DNA of 64,000 nt from Elsinoe ampelina (taxonomy: Eukaryota): assembly GCA_010093995.1 (NCBI GenBank), contig ML992510.1, forward strand, positions 1,272,326 to 1,336,325, read 5' to 3'. The notes beneath the pieces were generated by a model that made no database searches, had not been told where the DNA came from, and saw only the letters and a program-made list of their open reading frames with translations. Positions 50,956 through 63,001 of this stretch are shown here, one piece after another (within the stretch, counting starts at the first letter, position 1; every line of letters starts with the position of its first letter). Both the position numbers and the translations under genes were made by a program.

Positions 50956-51510
50956 ATAGATAGCTTTCGTGTTAATAAGAAGAACAAGAGCTAGAAACCT
51001 TCTTAATTCTAGAAGTAGTATTATATCGATATAGCTAATACTCTATCGACACTTAAGAACATTATAATAGTTATATATACGAACTGTCTAGAGTTTAGTA
51101 CAGTGTGTTATTTTAATCGTAAGCGGTTAGTAAAGTATACCGAATATTAGAGAAATAATTAGAAGTATAATAGCACTTTTTCGTTAGAGGAATATTACTA
51201 AGTAAGTAAGTAAAAGAAGGTAGTTAAGGTAAAGAGCCTTTAAAAACAAAAGGAGATAACTTAGTTAAGGAGGAATCTTATTATAGTATAGTAGGCTCTA
51301 GCTAAAGCTAAAGCGAAGAACTTATCTCTATAGAAGAATATAGTAAAGTTAGATAAGAAGTTAAATCGGATACTTCGCTAGGAAATAGAGGTGTTAGGCG
51401 TATTTAATACTATACCTCCTAATAAGGAGATTTTCTTAGGTAACTCTAACTTTATTCTAGAGGGGATACTAATAGTCTAAATAGTTAATTAGCCTACGAT
51501 AGGTTTTTAG
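50956..51510 (+). pseudogene. RIPed antisense ORF of element B: Zn2Cys6-like motif plus coiled coil
   Basis: 51076-51168 reads Y-TN-C-LEFSTV-C-YFNRKRLVK-Y-TE-Y-*RNN*K-Y. Two Cys survive as TGT and four are TAT. Ends approximate. Confidence 0.7.
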
Positions 51511-54500
51511 TCTAATAGTCTAGAATTACTTACGAGGTAAGGTATTTCTCTAGTTCCTATATAGCTTTACTATACTAATGTCCTTTCTAGTGGATTAAAT
51601 AATAGCGCTTTCCTTTTATAATCTTATATCTTAAAACTCTTTTAATCTTATATTATAGTTGCTATGTCTCTTCGTCTAGTTCGATAGGCCCTAGTATAGC
51701 ATTTTATAGTGCCTTTTCGAGTAGTAATATATAAAAGACTAGGTGTATTCTTATATATATTAGTAGTTCTAGTTTATATACGTTTTTGTTTTTCTTTTCG
51801 AGGATTCTAAAGGGTCCTAGTTTAGTATAGTTAAGTTTCTTACTTAGTCTTTTCGTTTTAATATTTCTACTAAGGAGATAAACCTTTTCCCCCTTACGTA
51901 GAATTAGTCTCGTAATTCTCTTACTATTAACAAATTTTGCTATCTATTCTAAGATAAATATTATATCTTAATATAACTAATCGTATAGCTTCTTAATGTT
52001 CGTAACTAGTATATTAGCGTCTTCCGATATAGGTTTTATCCCTAAGATGTCCTAGTATAAATCTAGATATATGCTATAATTAGCAAAAAACAGTAATACT
52101 CTATTTACTAATTTTCTGTTATTAATAGCAAGTTCTATAAGCAGTAGTAGCGATACTTATAAATCTTATTTATAGTTAAGGTAACATCGGAGGTATTATT
52201 CTAGTACTTAATTTGCTTATTCTATTTACTTATTCGTTTATAAGTAGAATAATGTTAATAATTTGTACTTAATTCCTAGTAGATCTATAAATAATTACTA
52301 GAATTATAATATAAAGAGCTTATCTCTATTAGTAATTATATCTTAGAGTACTTCGTATCTAGAAACAATTATCTAGAGAAAGGTAAAGGCTATATTCTTA
52401 GCTATAGCTATTGTCTTATATAGTACAAAGTAATAGTACTTTATAAATCTATCTACTAGAACTAGAATACTATTATATATTACGCCTATAAAAGGCTCTT
52501 CCGAGAGCGATAGTAGTTCTATAAAGTCTATCGTAACTAATTACTATAGTTTATCTAGTAGTAGTAATAGCTATAATAAGCTATATAGCTTATACTAGGC
52601 GTATTTAGACTTATAGTAAGTATCGTAGGTAGCGATATATTTCTTAATGTCGTTTTAGAGTTCTTTCTATAAGTAATTTTATGTAATAAGTTTAATAGTC
52701 TTATTAATCCTACTATAGCCTATAGTAGGGTCGTTATAGTATATTTAAATAACTTTCTATTTCTGTTCTTATATAAGCTCCTAGGTAAGGCTATATAACT
52801 ACTTTACCTTTAGGTACTTATAGACTAAAGTACTATTCTACTACTTTAGTATAGAGGCCTCTATTATTGTTATATTCTTTAAGTAATCTAGTCTTCGGCT
52901 AAGAGTATCTACTCTACTATTCTCTAATTCCTTAACATAGTAGATTTAGAAGTTATAACTTATAAGCATTTCTAACTATTATATCTATCGTCTATTAAGA
53001 ACCTTAGTTGTTGTTTAATATAGTAGGTTCTTATAGTCCGTATAGACTTATATAGGTAACATTGTTTCTTCTAGGTATATACGCTACTTACGGAATACTT
53101 CTATAATTATAAGTAATTCCTTATTATATATATCGTAGTTAAGTTTAGGTCTAGTTATCTTTCTTAAGTAATATACAATTAGGTAGCGTCGTCCCTCTAC
53201 GTCTTTCTATACTAGATACGCTTCTATTATAAAGTCTAAGATATCTATTTCTAGTAGTACTTATTAGTCTAGGTCGAAAAGTGCTAAAATAAGTACTATA
53301 GTTAGCTAATACTAGAGCTTCTTAAAGGCCTATTTACACTTGTTATTAAAGATAAAGCTAGTTTTCTTCTTTATAAGGTTAAATATTAGCGCTACTACTT
53401 TAGAGAATCCTTTAATAAACTTATAATAGTAGTTAAAGAAATCTAGTAGTACTTAAACCTCCTTAACTATAGTAGGTTCTAGCTAGTCGTTAACGGATTT
53501 AATCTTCTTTAGATTAGGTCTAATACTATTAGTAGATATAATATAGCTTAGAAATTGTATCTTATGTTTATAAAACTTACACTTAGAGAGCTTTACTAGT
53601 AGGTCTTTCTCTTTTAGCTTCTATAGTACTTTATAAATATGTCCTATATGTTTATTGTATATCTTTAAGAAGATTATAATATTATCTAAGTAAGCCGAGA
53701 TAAAGTTATTAAAGTATTCTCTTAGAGTATTATTAATTAATTCTTAAAAGAATACTAGCGCGTTAGTTAAACTAAAGAGTATAACGAGGTACTTATAGAG
53801 ACCTTATCTTGTCCTAAAGGCTTTTTTCTATTCCTTACTATTCTTTATTTGTATTTAATAGTAGGCGTCTCTAATATTAATTATAGTAAACTATTTAGCT
53901 CTAATAAGTCGATTCTAAAGCTTGTTAATTCTTAGGAGAGAATAACAATTCTTTCTAGTAATTACATTAAGTTTCTAATAATTAATATATAGTTATAGCG
54001 ATCTATTCTTCTTAGGTGTAAAGAGTACTCTATATATAATTAGTAATTTTAATAGTTATATAAATCCTTTATGTAAGTACTAGTCGATATAGGTTTTAAG
54101 AAAGTTCTCTTTCTTCTTTAATAGTAGTATAAGACCTTAATAGTATATTAGGGATTTATCTTCTTTAAAAGGTATTTTATAATTTTATAGTTTATATTAG
54201 AGTAGAGCTATAATACCTTCTTGTTCTTTAAATAAGTCCTTAAAGTCTTTATATTCTAGCGGAAGTGCTTAGTCGCTTATACTAGTAATAGCTCTAACTA
54301 TTAGTCGTACCTATACTATCCTTATAGTTAGTATCTATAGAGCTAATTATACTTTCTTCGTTCTATAATTATACTTAAGGAATTCGAGTATTTCTTTAAT
54401 CTAGTCTACTTCTAGATTATATTATTAAAGCTAGTCTATACTAAGTACTATATCGTACTATATATCTATAATGTCGATCGATTGTTTCTCTATATATGTT

Positions 54501-56888
54501 CTAATAGTAATTAAAACGTTTCTTAATTCCTATATAACTTACCTATTCTTTCCTATAGGGGTTCTATCTACTATAGTAAGTAGGTAAGGTAACTCCTTTT
54601 ATCGTTAATAGAGCTTTAGCTAATTAGCTACTATCGTAGAAATATAGCTACGATTAGCTCTTAAATCTATTATTACTTTTACCTTATACGTGTGTATTTT
54701 TGCTTCTAGAATGAAGTAATTTAACATATAAACTTTTATTATACTTAGGCTTTAAGTAGCGTTATTAGTCTACCTATCTAGCTAACAACGAGCTAGTTTT
54801 TTGTTATTACTAAGCCCTATACAAGGAACTAGTCTCTCCCTACGCGTATCTATTACTTATAGTAAACCTACTAGGCTATTCTTATTTTGTTTATATTAGT
54901 AAGATTAAGGTATACTACTAGGCCTACGCTCTAGTATCTATAAATCTCTAGGATTCTCTATTAGTTATACTAGGTATTATCGTATATATATACTAGAATA
55001 ACTATTTCTTCTTAGTCTAGTTACTCTCTAGTATCGAAGGAGAAAGTAAGTTCTATATTATATATAGATCCTAATCGGTACTAGTAATAAGTGTAAATTA
55101 TTATATAGTTTCTCTATATTTCTATAAGGTAAGCTTTAATTTATTCGCCCTAAGGTAGTACTTTCTCTCCCTTAGAGAAATCCTAGTCTAAGTTATTATA
55201 TTAAAGTTATTCTTTATTTCTTTCGCTATACTCCTTGTCGTTGTCGCTACCGCCGGCGTAGTAGTAGTTAGTAAAGCTACACTAAGTATATTTACGTACT
55301 TAGCTATATAGAATTTCTTTACCTATTCTAATAACTACGAAGTTTGTTATAGCTTCTAGACTAATAGCGTCTTTCCCTAGTATATTATATAAATAGATAG
55401 TATAGTACTACTTATACTTTAGGTTTATACATTTCTAAAGTAATATATAATAGACTTTTTCTTTTAGTTTGCTATAAGGGCTAAAGATAAGAGAACTATA
55501 TCGTCGCGTAGTACTTAAGTCCTAGTAGCGTATTTCGATAATCGAGTATTAATTATTGTTGCTAATTACTCTCTAGAGTTAATTATAACTTATGTTAATA
55601 GTGATCTTATCTAGGTTAAGTTCTACTTATACGAGATATCTTTATCTCCTATACGAAGTTAGCTTTCTTAGAAACTATTCTAAGCCCTACTTATCGGCTA
55701 AGTAAATAGGATAAGTAGAGTTATAATAAGCTATCTATAATAGAGTATTATATAGCTCTTCTTATTATATCTTAATTGTAGAAGCGCTAGGCGTAGTACG
55801 TCGAGGAGGTATATCTATCTCCCGGATTATTATAGATCTCTTCTATATTTCTATACTTACGTCGTTAATCGTTAGGTCTTCTATAGTAGTATTAGCCTTT
55901 TTCTCTACTAGCCTAGCTATTATTATATGTAATCTATCGGCTAAAGCCCTCTATCGGCATTCCCTAGCCTAATATCTAAGTCTTTTATACTTAAAATATA
56001 AGTTCTCTCGTCTATACTTCTCTCTCTCTTTTCTACTAAGGAACTTTCCTCTATAGCTACAGCCTTATACCTATAAGGGGTAGCCTTCGTATATAGCGTC
56101 GAGTTCTATAGGGTCTCTATAATTATAGTTACTACGTTAGAAGCAAGTATTAGCCTTATAGCCTCCTTGCTTCTCTATTCTTCTTTTATATAACTTATTA
56201 TCGATCTTAATTAACTTATCGATAAGCTCCTTAAGTTCGGCTAGAGATCTATCTAATATTATATCCTTAATAGAGTCGCTAAGTCCTTCGTAGAAGGCTA
56301 AGGCCTTAGTACTATTGTCCTAGTCTAGGTATTAAGTAAGCTACTAGAACTACGAATAGTACTAGGCTATAGAGCCTTATTACTTAAGCTATTAAATCTT
56401 AGTTACTACTACCTTTTCTTTATTAGAGATGTTAAAGATTTGCTTAATTCTCTTTTTAAATTCTATATAGCTACTAAAGATCTATTTAGTCTCTTCCTCG
56501 GGAGTGTCGGATAGGTAGTTACCTATATAGAGTTTAAACTATATAAATACGTTACCTCGAAGGCGAGACGTAGTATAGGTTACTCTAGATATATTACTTA
56601 GGTATATATCGAGTTATAGTTTAAATAGAAAGCCGAGCTAGATAAGGAAGTGTTTAAGCTAAAAGTAGTCCCTATAGAAGAGTTCTACCTTATTATACTT
56701 GCCTCTTTCTAGCTTATCTCTCGAGTAGGAATATTAATAACGTTCTTCTACTTAAGACCTAGTATCGGACATATTATTAATAGTAAGCCTTTCTAGCTTA
56801 CTAGTAATTAAGAATGTTAAGGGTAACTTAGAGTAAGAGTTACTTATAAACCTCGTAGCGTACTATACTATAGTAAGGGTAGTTAAAA

Positions 56889-57311
56889 TATTACGAACTA
56901 TCTAAACTAAGGTTATATAAGTAAGTCTTAAGTCGAGCTAAGAACGATATGTTTTACTTCTATAGTAGTATAGTACTAAGGTAAGAGTTAGAGAAGGTAT
57001 ATCTTATAGATAATAAAGTATAATTAGATAGTATTATAAAGGCTAGCCTTAGTAATACTAGCGTTTACTATCTAGACAAGGTTAACTATAGTACTTATAG
57101 AAGATAAGGACTACTTCCTATATACCGTATACTCTTAGGTATATAGGTTTAGTAGTGTTAGAGCACTAGTAGGGAGACTACTATCCTATAAACACTATAA
57201 ACTACTTCCTATTTAGGATAGATTATATAACTTGTCTGTTCCTATCTTAGCGTAGGGCTAATTAGTTATTCGTAACCTATTCTGTAGGTCCTCTAAGAGA
57301 CCTTTATAATA
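56889..57311 (-). repeat. 5' LTR of element B
   Basis: Direct repeat of 50438-50860. Confidence 0.92.
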
Positions 57312-58494
57312 TATAGGTATAGCTATTATAGTAGTTAGATAGGAGATAGTTTATGCACTCTCCGTTAAAAAGTCTAGGGAAGGTAATATACTAATCTATA
57401 TAGCTGTTATTACGACTATAGCGGTCGTAAGGGATAGCATTAACTCTCCTACTAATAGTAGTATATACCTATAACGCTAGGATATAATTACAATTTAAGA
57501 GAGTTATAGTAATAGTACTACCTAAAGAAGTTCTTAATATTAGTAGATAACTATACTAATTATTAAGAGCGCTATTTATAAATAACAAGTTCTATCCGGA
57601 AAAGAGCGCCTATAATCGGTTACTTCCTCCGTAGGCGTAGATAAAGGTAAAGATATTAATAAGAGATTATATATTTATATTACTTATATAAAGAGTAGCG
57701 TAGACTATGCCTATTATTAGTGTTACTATAACATCTCCCGGTTAGAAACACTTACTACTACTATTAATAAGATAGATAAGATAGTTAAGTATAGTCTAGG
57801 TCTATTAGGTTATTAGGTTACTAGGAGGGTTCTAAACTTAGGTATTGCCCCTTCTAAAGATAGCTACTAGCGTTATTATTAGTATTAACATAATAAGATT
57901 AACAATCAAAATAAAGGTAAGTATAAGTAGTAGAAGCGTACGTAAGTAAAAGAAAGAGAGAGAAATAGAAGGCAAGGACATAAGAGATAGATTACTTGCT
58001 CTTTATTTATGTTTTAGGCAATACTATAGACTTACTAGGTAAGTAAACAAAGAAAAGCACTATAGTAGTTAGATATAGTATATATATGTATAAAGGACTT
58101 AATATTTCTACTGCTATAGATAGTTACATAAAGGGTAGAAAGATAGGTTAAGAAGTACATTATACCTAGTAGTAGGAGAAGAAATTATACTTCTCTCGGG
58201 GAAACTCTTATTTTTTTTAATTATCGTTTATGTCTAATATATCTTATAGAATGTAACAAAAATAATATTAATAAATAGCCTTTTTACTGTAGAATTAGAG
58301 ATAGAAGAAAAATATTTCTGTTCTTAAGCTATTTAGAAGTCTTCTCTACTCTATATATAGACCTAATTAATATACGCCTTAAGGATTCTTCCCCTTTAAC
58401 TTTATTAATTAATTACGTAATGAATTAGATTACTATTAAGTCTAATTTTATTTAGCTTATTGTCTAAGGTGTTTATAAGTATTAGAGGAAGTTT

Positions 58495-60365
58495 TAATCT
58501 AAAAGGTGCCTTAGAATACGAATAGTTCTCCCTAACCTTAACTTTAGCTAAATAGGTGCCTCCTTAGCCCTTAGAGGTTCTTTAACAGCTATAGGCTCTA
58601 TATATACCTACTGCTTCTTTAGCCTGCCTCTTAGTCTTCTATTCTAAGCCTTTAGCTCTAACTTAGCCTATCTTTAAGCCTTTTTAGCTGCCCTCTCTAT
58701 CTCTCTCTAAGTCTTTTTTAAAGCTTTAGCTACCTTACAAGTAGCTTAAGTAATAGCTCTATCCTTACGCCTCTACTAAGCTTCCTACTCCTTTCTAACC
58801 TTCTTAAGAGCCCTCTCTTAAGCTCTCTACTCTCTATTTTATATCTCTTACTTCTTCTCTTACTCCCTTCTATCTTAAAGCTTAAGGGCTACTCTTACCT
58901 TACTAGAGCTAAATAGAATTACTCTAGAGCCTTTATTAGCTCTAAACTGCTTAATAAGCTTCTTACTACGCTTTCTCTTTTTCTTCTTATGCCTAAGAGC
59001 CTCTATTGCCTACTACTTACTAAGCCTTTTAAGGGTAGCCTCTACCTTACTCTTCTAGAGGTTATTACTAAGCCTCTTAATAACTTTCTTAGTCTTCCTA
59101 TTAATAGTCTTATTAATAATTACTCTTAGCTTTCTTATACTAGAAGGAGAGTCCTAGTAAGTAGAAGAACTACTTAATCCTCCCCTACTTAGCCCTCTTA
59201 GAGTTAGTTCTCTCTAACTTCTTAGCCTAAGCTTATTAAGCACTAAAGGGAGGTTAAAGGGGAATAGGCTAGTCTTACTCTAGCTAGAAGCTATATTCTT
59301 GTCTATAAAGGCTTTATACTAAGCTAGATAGAAGCACTTAAAGAAATCTCTCTTAGTTATCCTAGTCTAGCCTTCTAAGAGCCTAGTCTACTATTTAAGA
59401 AGCTAGCTATAATAGGTAGCTAGAGGAGTAAAGTAACTAACATCTAGAGGCTATAGCCTATATATAGAGTAAGGATGATATATAGCTATAAGGATCTTGT
59501 ACTATTAAGCCTATTTAAGGAACTTTAGAGTTACATAAGATCTATAACTATCGATAAATAAGAGCCTCTAATCTCTCCTTACTTTGTCCTAAGTGTACTT
59601 CTTAAACAAGGCTTCTAGCTACTTAAAACTAATCTCATTAGAAGTCTAGCTGCTTAGTAAAGAGGTAAACTAAGCTTAGTGCTTATTGCTGTTAAAGTCC
59701 TAGACCTATAAGTCTTAGATAGAACTAGAGGTGCTATTATAGATTAAGAGAGAGAGTAAAGCTATTCTATCTACGTAGATAGTAGCTATAACTATAATCT
59801 ACTTCCTTAATCTATCTTAGCTAGCTCTAAGAAGCTTCTTAGATGCTTTAAGGTCCTTTAGAAAGACTCGCTTAGCTTTAGTAATCCTTCTAAGGAGAAA
59901 GCCCTTCTTATCTATATTATAGATGTTCTTAGGCAGAATCTAGTACTTATCTATTTTCTTGCTAATAATGGAGAAGTATTGCTTAAAGGAAGCTACAGAA
60001 TCAGCCTAATGCCTTTCTAGATCTAGGTTGTTAAGATAGCGAGAGTCTAGTTTATCCTTATACCTATTAACAAACCTTAAATACTAGTTGTAACTAGGAG
60101 CTCTACTACTAAGCTAAGTAGCGATCTTAGCTACAATTGCTAGTGTAGGTGGTAGATATCGATTATAGAGCTGTCTAATATGTTGCAAAAGCTGCTGCTC
60201 TTGCTACTTAGTCAGGAATCGCTTGTCTTTAACTGCCTGACCTCTAGTAGTAGTAATTCCCTTCTATCTCCTGCTAAGTGTTAAGCGATTAACGCCATGA
60301 TTTCTGGCAGTCACAGCGATATAAGGAGACTCTGTAGAGTTTAATTCAGCAATTGCTGCTTCCAT
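58495..60365 (-). mobile_element. RIPed pogo/Fot1-like DNA transposon (HTH plus DDE_1 transposase relic)
   Basis: ATG at 60365: MEAAIAELNSTESPYIAVTARNHGVNRLTLSRR*KG. Also IYNIDKKGF (YNMDEKGF) at ~59910, RLLFIDSYRSY (DGHxSH) at ~59550 and L*PLDVSYF (LQPLDV) at ~59445. TIRs not found. Confidence 0.88.
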
Positions 60366-60620
60366 AACTGAAGTATTGATTGAGTAATAGCTAATTGAAC
60401 ATGCTCTATCTACGCGTTGGAGCGTGTGCATTGACTGGGTCTGTGCACGGAGTGGGGAAGACTTCTAAACCTCACCTCCCGCAACCTGGATAACTTCTGC
60501 AAGAAACCGACACTCTTCATCACTTTGTCCATCTTCCCTCCCCACGAGAGATTTTGTTTGAGACGAGCGCCCACTCACCTACTTGAGCAGGCTGGAGCCG
60601 ATCCTGAGGACAATCCGCGC

Positions 60621-61367
60621 ATGGAGGAATACGAGGCCGGCTCCGACCTCATGGAGCGAATTCTACCTGGCACACGAGTCCATGAACAGGCTCGGCATGC
60701 CACACCCCTGGCGACACTAGTAGAGGCTCGTGAAATACCGTCGAGGTCCGCCGATGGTCCAGCCGTCGAGGTCCTGCTCAATCCTTACCTTTTGACAAGG
60801 ATTCTGGTCCACCTCCCTATTCGAGATCTTTACAGGCTGCAAAGAGTCCATCGAGAATGAAAAGAGTACACCCGCTTCACGCGTGCTCTCCGACAGCACC
60901 TTCGAGCGGAATCCCTCAACGATCGGCCATGGTGGTGTGCAAAGCACAATTGTCCAATGGCGGGCGGAGACGGACACCTCTGCCAAGCTCACGAGACCCA
61001 GGGTGGCCCCCAACAGTCGATCAGCGACGAGGTGCATCAACCCTTCCAGATTCTCCTAATCTACAAGCTCCTTGGACCTCCAGCAAATAACGAGCCGCCG
61101 GGAAAATGTAGCAAGGAGTGGTGCCACCCGGTGCAGTACCAGGAGTCCACAGCGTTGGTACAGTATGAAGAGGGAGACTACGAGTGGGAGATGCTTTCGC
61201 AGGCGAGGGAGGAGGGCGTTGGCCCAAGATCATTCGACCGCATGCTGATCGTGCAACCGGCCGCCAGCGAGCTCGTTGTGAAAGTCTACTGGCAAAAACG
61301 CAGGCAGGACTCAGCTGTGGAGCGTTACACAAGGCTCGTGGTCGAGAGCGAGAATAAGACGGGTTAA
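60621..61367 (+). pseudogene. F-box-domain protein gene with an in-frame TGA at 60858-60860
   Basis: VLLNPYLLTRILVHLPIRDLYRLQRVHRE*K is an F-box pattern with the stop at the expected Trp. The frame continues without further stops into ORF 60957-61367 (SFDRMLIVQP). Confidence 0.65.
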
Positions 61368-61599
61368 GGGTGGGGTGAGGTTCGCCACGCTGTGCAGTGG
61401 TGCATCGGAAATCGACCGAGGGGCTGTCTGGAGGCTACGCGAGTCACATTAGAGGTGCCGGACGGTTATATGAGGAAGGTTCGTTTTCTTCCGACTAGAG
61501 ATACGTCTCCTCCACTGTGGACACCGTCATCATGTAGGCGTTCGTAGAGCGACGTGGACCGCCTTTTGGGCGGGTATACAATTCGAGCCTGACTTTGTA

Positions 61600-61920
61600 T
61601 TACTGGTAAAAGTCGCATCCACCGACTGCACAACCATAGAAGAGTCTGCGTTGACCGAAGCCATTGACAGCTGGGTTACGGACTTGGAGTCGGCTAAGCG
61701 GTAGGCCCAGGCAATTACAGGCCGGATTGTCGAGATGCACTCCATGCATGTCTGCAAAGCAAACGAAATTGTTATTGACATGCTGGTGGCAGAGATAGTA
61801 TGGTCTTCCCGCATTGCCGTTACGATTGCCTGAATTGACATGGCACTGTTCAGATGAATGGTAGCACATGCGACAAATAGGGGCAGTGCGGATCGCCCAG
61901 TGTTGTGCCTGCGGATCCAT
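61600..61920 (-). CDS. Small Cys-rich protein with GRF-type zinc-finger-like motifs
   Basis: CRMC...NRNGNAGRPYYLC...FVCFAD...NPACNC...SRLQ...FYGCAVGGCDF. Confidence 0.6.
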   Translation of the reverse strand: MDPQAQHWAIRTAPICRMCYHSSEQCHVNSGNRNGNAGRPYYLCHQHVNNNFVCFADMHGVHLDNPACNCLGLPLSRLQVRNPAVNGFGQRRLFYGCAVGGCDFYQ

Positions 61921-62169
61921 ACTGCGATTATTAGGACGTGCTTTCAGTCTCGATAGAAGCAAGAACATATATCTAGGACTGCTCCGAGGAGAAAGCTAGC
62001 GCGACTGAGAAGGATACTGCCTGATGACCACAACTAGGTCCAAGTGCTTATAAATCAGCCTGCTGCTGGTTGGGGCTGTTGTAACCACTTAGTCAAATGC
62101 ATTTTTGTGCTTCCACTCACTGCAGCTTTCTGCTCTATCCACTGTGGGTATGTTAGCATCACGCGTTGC

Positions 62170-62830
62170 ACGTCTTACTATGGCACGTCACGTCCGCAGG
62201 CCGGTGATGCTGTTCGGTCAATCCTGGCCAAGAAGGACTGAAGAAACGTATTGCCGGTTCGTGCCTGAATCAGGATGGCCGCCTGCTCTCTTGTTAAATT
62301 TCCATATAGTCCGATTGTGTGCTTGCCTGGTAGCGCTCGATCTAGCGTATAGGTGTAATTCCCCAACCCTGGCCGTCGAGCTCTCTGTTCTGCTCTTTGA
62401 ATGTCTTGGTCAATAAGTCTAGCCACAGCTTATTGCTCACGGTTGCCAACCATTGGATCACGACTCGACTTCTGTACGGGAAGAGTCATGAGCTTCGCCA
62501 CCTTGTCCGTGGCACAGTTGCAAGGTATGTCCCGCTCATTTTGTCTGGAACTGACAATCTCATCGTGTTCCTGTACTGCAGCGATCTCTGCGTTCGTCGC
62601 CTTGAGGCTACCAGATCTCGACATAAGCAGGGCCCAGAGCTCTGTCGAATCGTGAGGCGAAATGCGCTGTCCAGCAAAAGGCGCTTCCACTAACACTTGA
62701 GCGTCGCTGTGATTGGGCTCGAATGCCTGTCGTTTGTCTTAATTAGCGCAGGCCATTTCGAACCCAGGGAACGAGATGGTGGCAATGACGCTGCCCCTAT
62801 GTCTGCCACAGCCACCTTACTTTCTAGACA
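62170..62830 (-). mobile_element. Degenerate non-LTR retrotransposon (Tad-like LINE) ORF2 3' fragment, not obviously RIPed
   Basis: LDRALPGKHTIGLYGNLTREQAAILIQARTG..FLQSFLARI...SPACG resembles the post-RNase H/Zn-finger region of fungal LINE ORF2. Extent approximate. Confidence 0.7.
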
Positions 62831-63001
62831 CGCTGATATTTGAATGATGTTGGCCTCGTCCTTCATAGCCCCGTAGGACACTATCTTCAAAGCGGACATC
62901 ACACGGCTTGTCTCAAGCTTGTCTAAGGTCCTAGAGAGACTCGAGGTCTCTATATGTTCACGTTTGTCCTTAGCGTGCCGACTGATCTGGCACAGTCGAT
63001 C

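Larger units (their letters stand above)
50438..57311 (-). mobile_element. Full-length RIPed Ty3/Gypsy chromovirus (element B), related to A
   Basis: 423-bp LTRs at 50438-50860 and 56889-57311. RT motif AYLDNIII at ~53680. pol is colinear with element A (e.g. 51781-51850 vs 40501-40570). Chromodomain at ~51540-51650. Confidence 0.92.
38420..60400. repeat. ~22-kb AT-rich RIP-degenerated nested transposon block
   Basis: Abrupt loss of CpA/TpG, excess TpA, TAG/TAA in all frames, and no entries in the ORF track between 38.2 and 60.5 kb. Confidence 0.95.

Noticed and set aside
57312..58490. Possible RIPed host gene with a GTAAGT donor on the minus strand
   Set aside because: Reconstruction is too ambiguous; left as unclassified RIPed sequence.
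38420..60400. AT-rich block as foreign or organellar DNA, or a CRISPR-like array
   Set aside because: TpA excess with recognisable TE motifs is explained by RIP. The repeats are LTR pairs, not repeat-spacer arrays.
58400..60480. Terminal inverted repeats for the pogo/Fot1-like element
   Set aside because: No convincing inverted pair found by eye; the same holds for the Tc1-like relic at 1650-3120.
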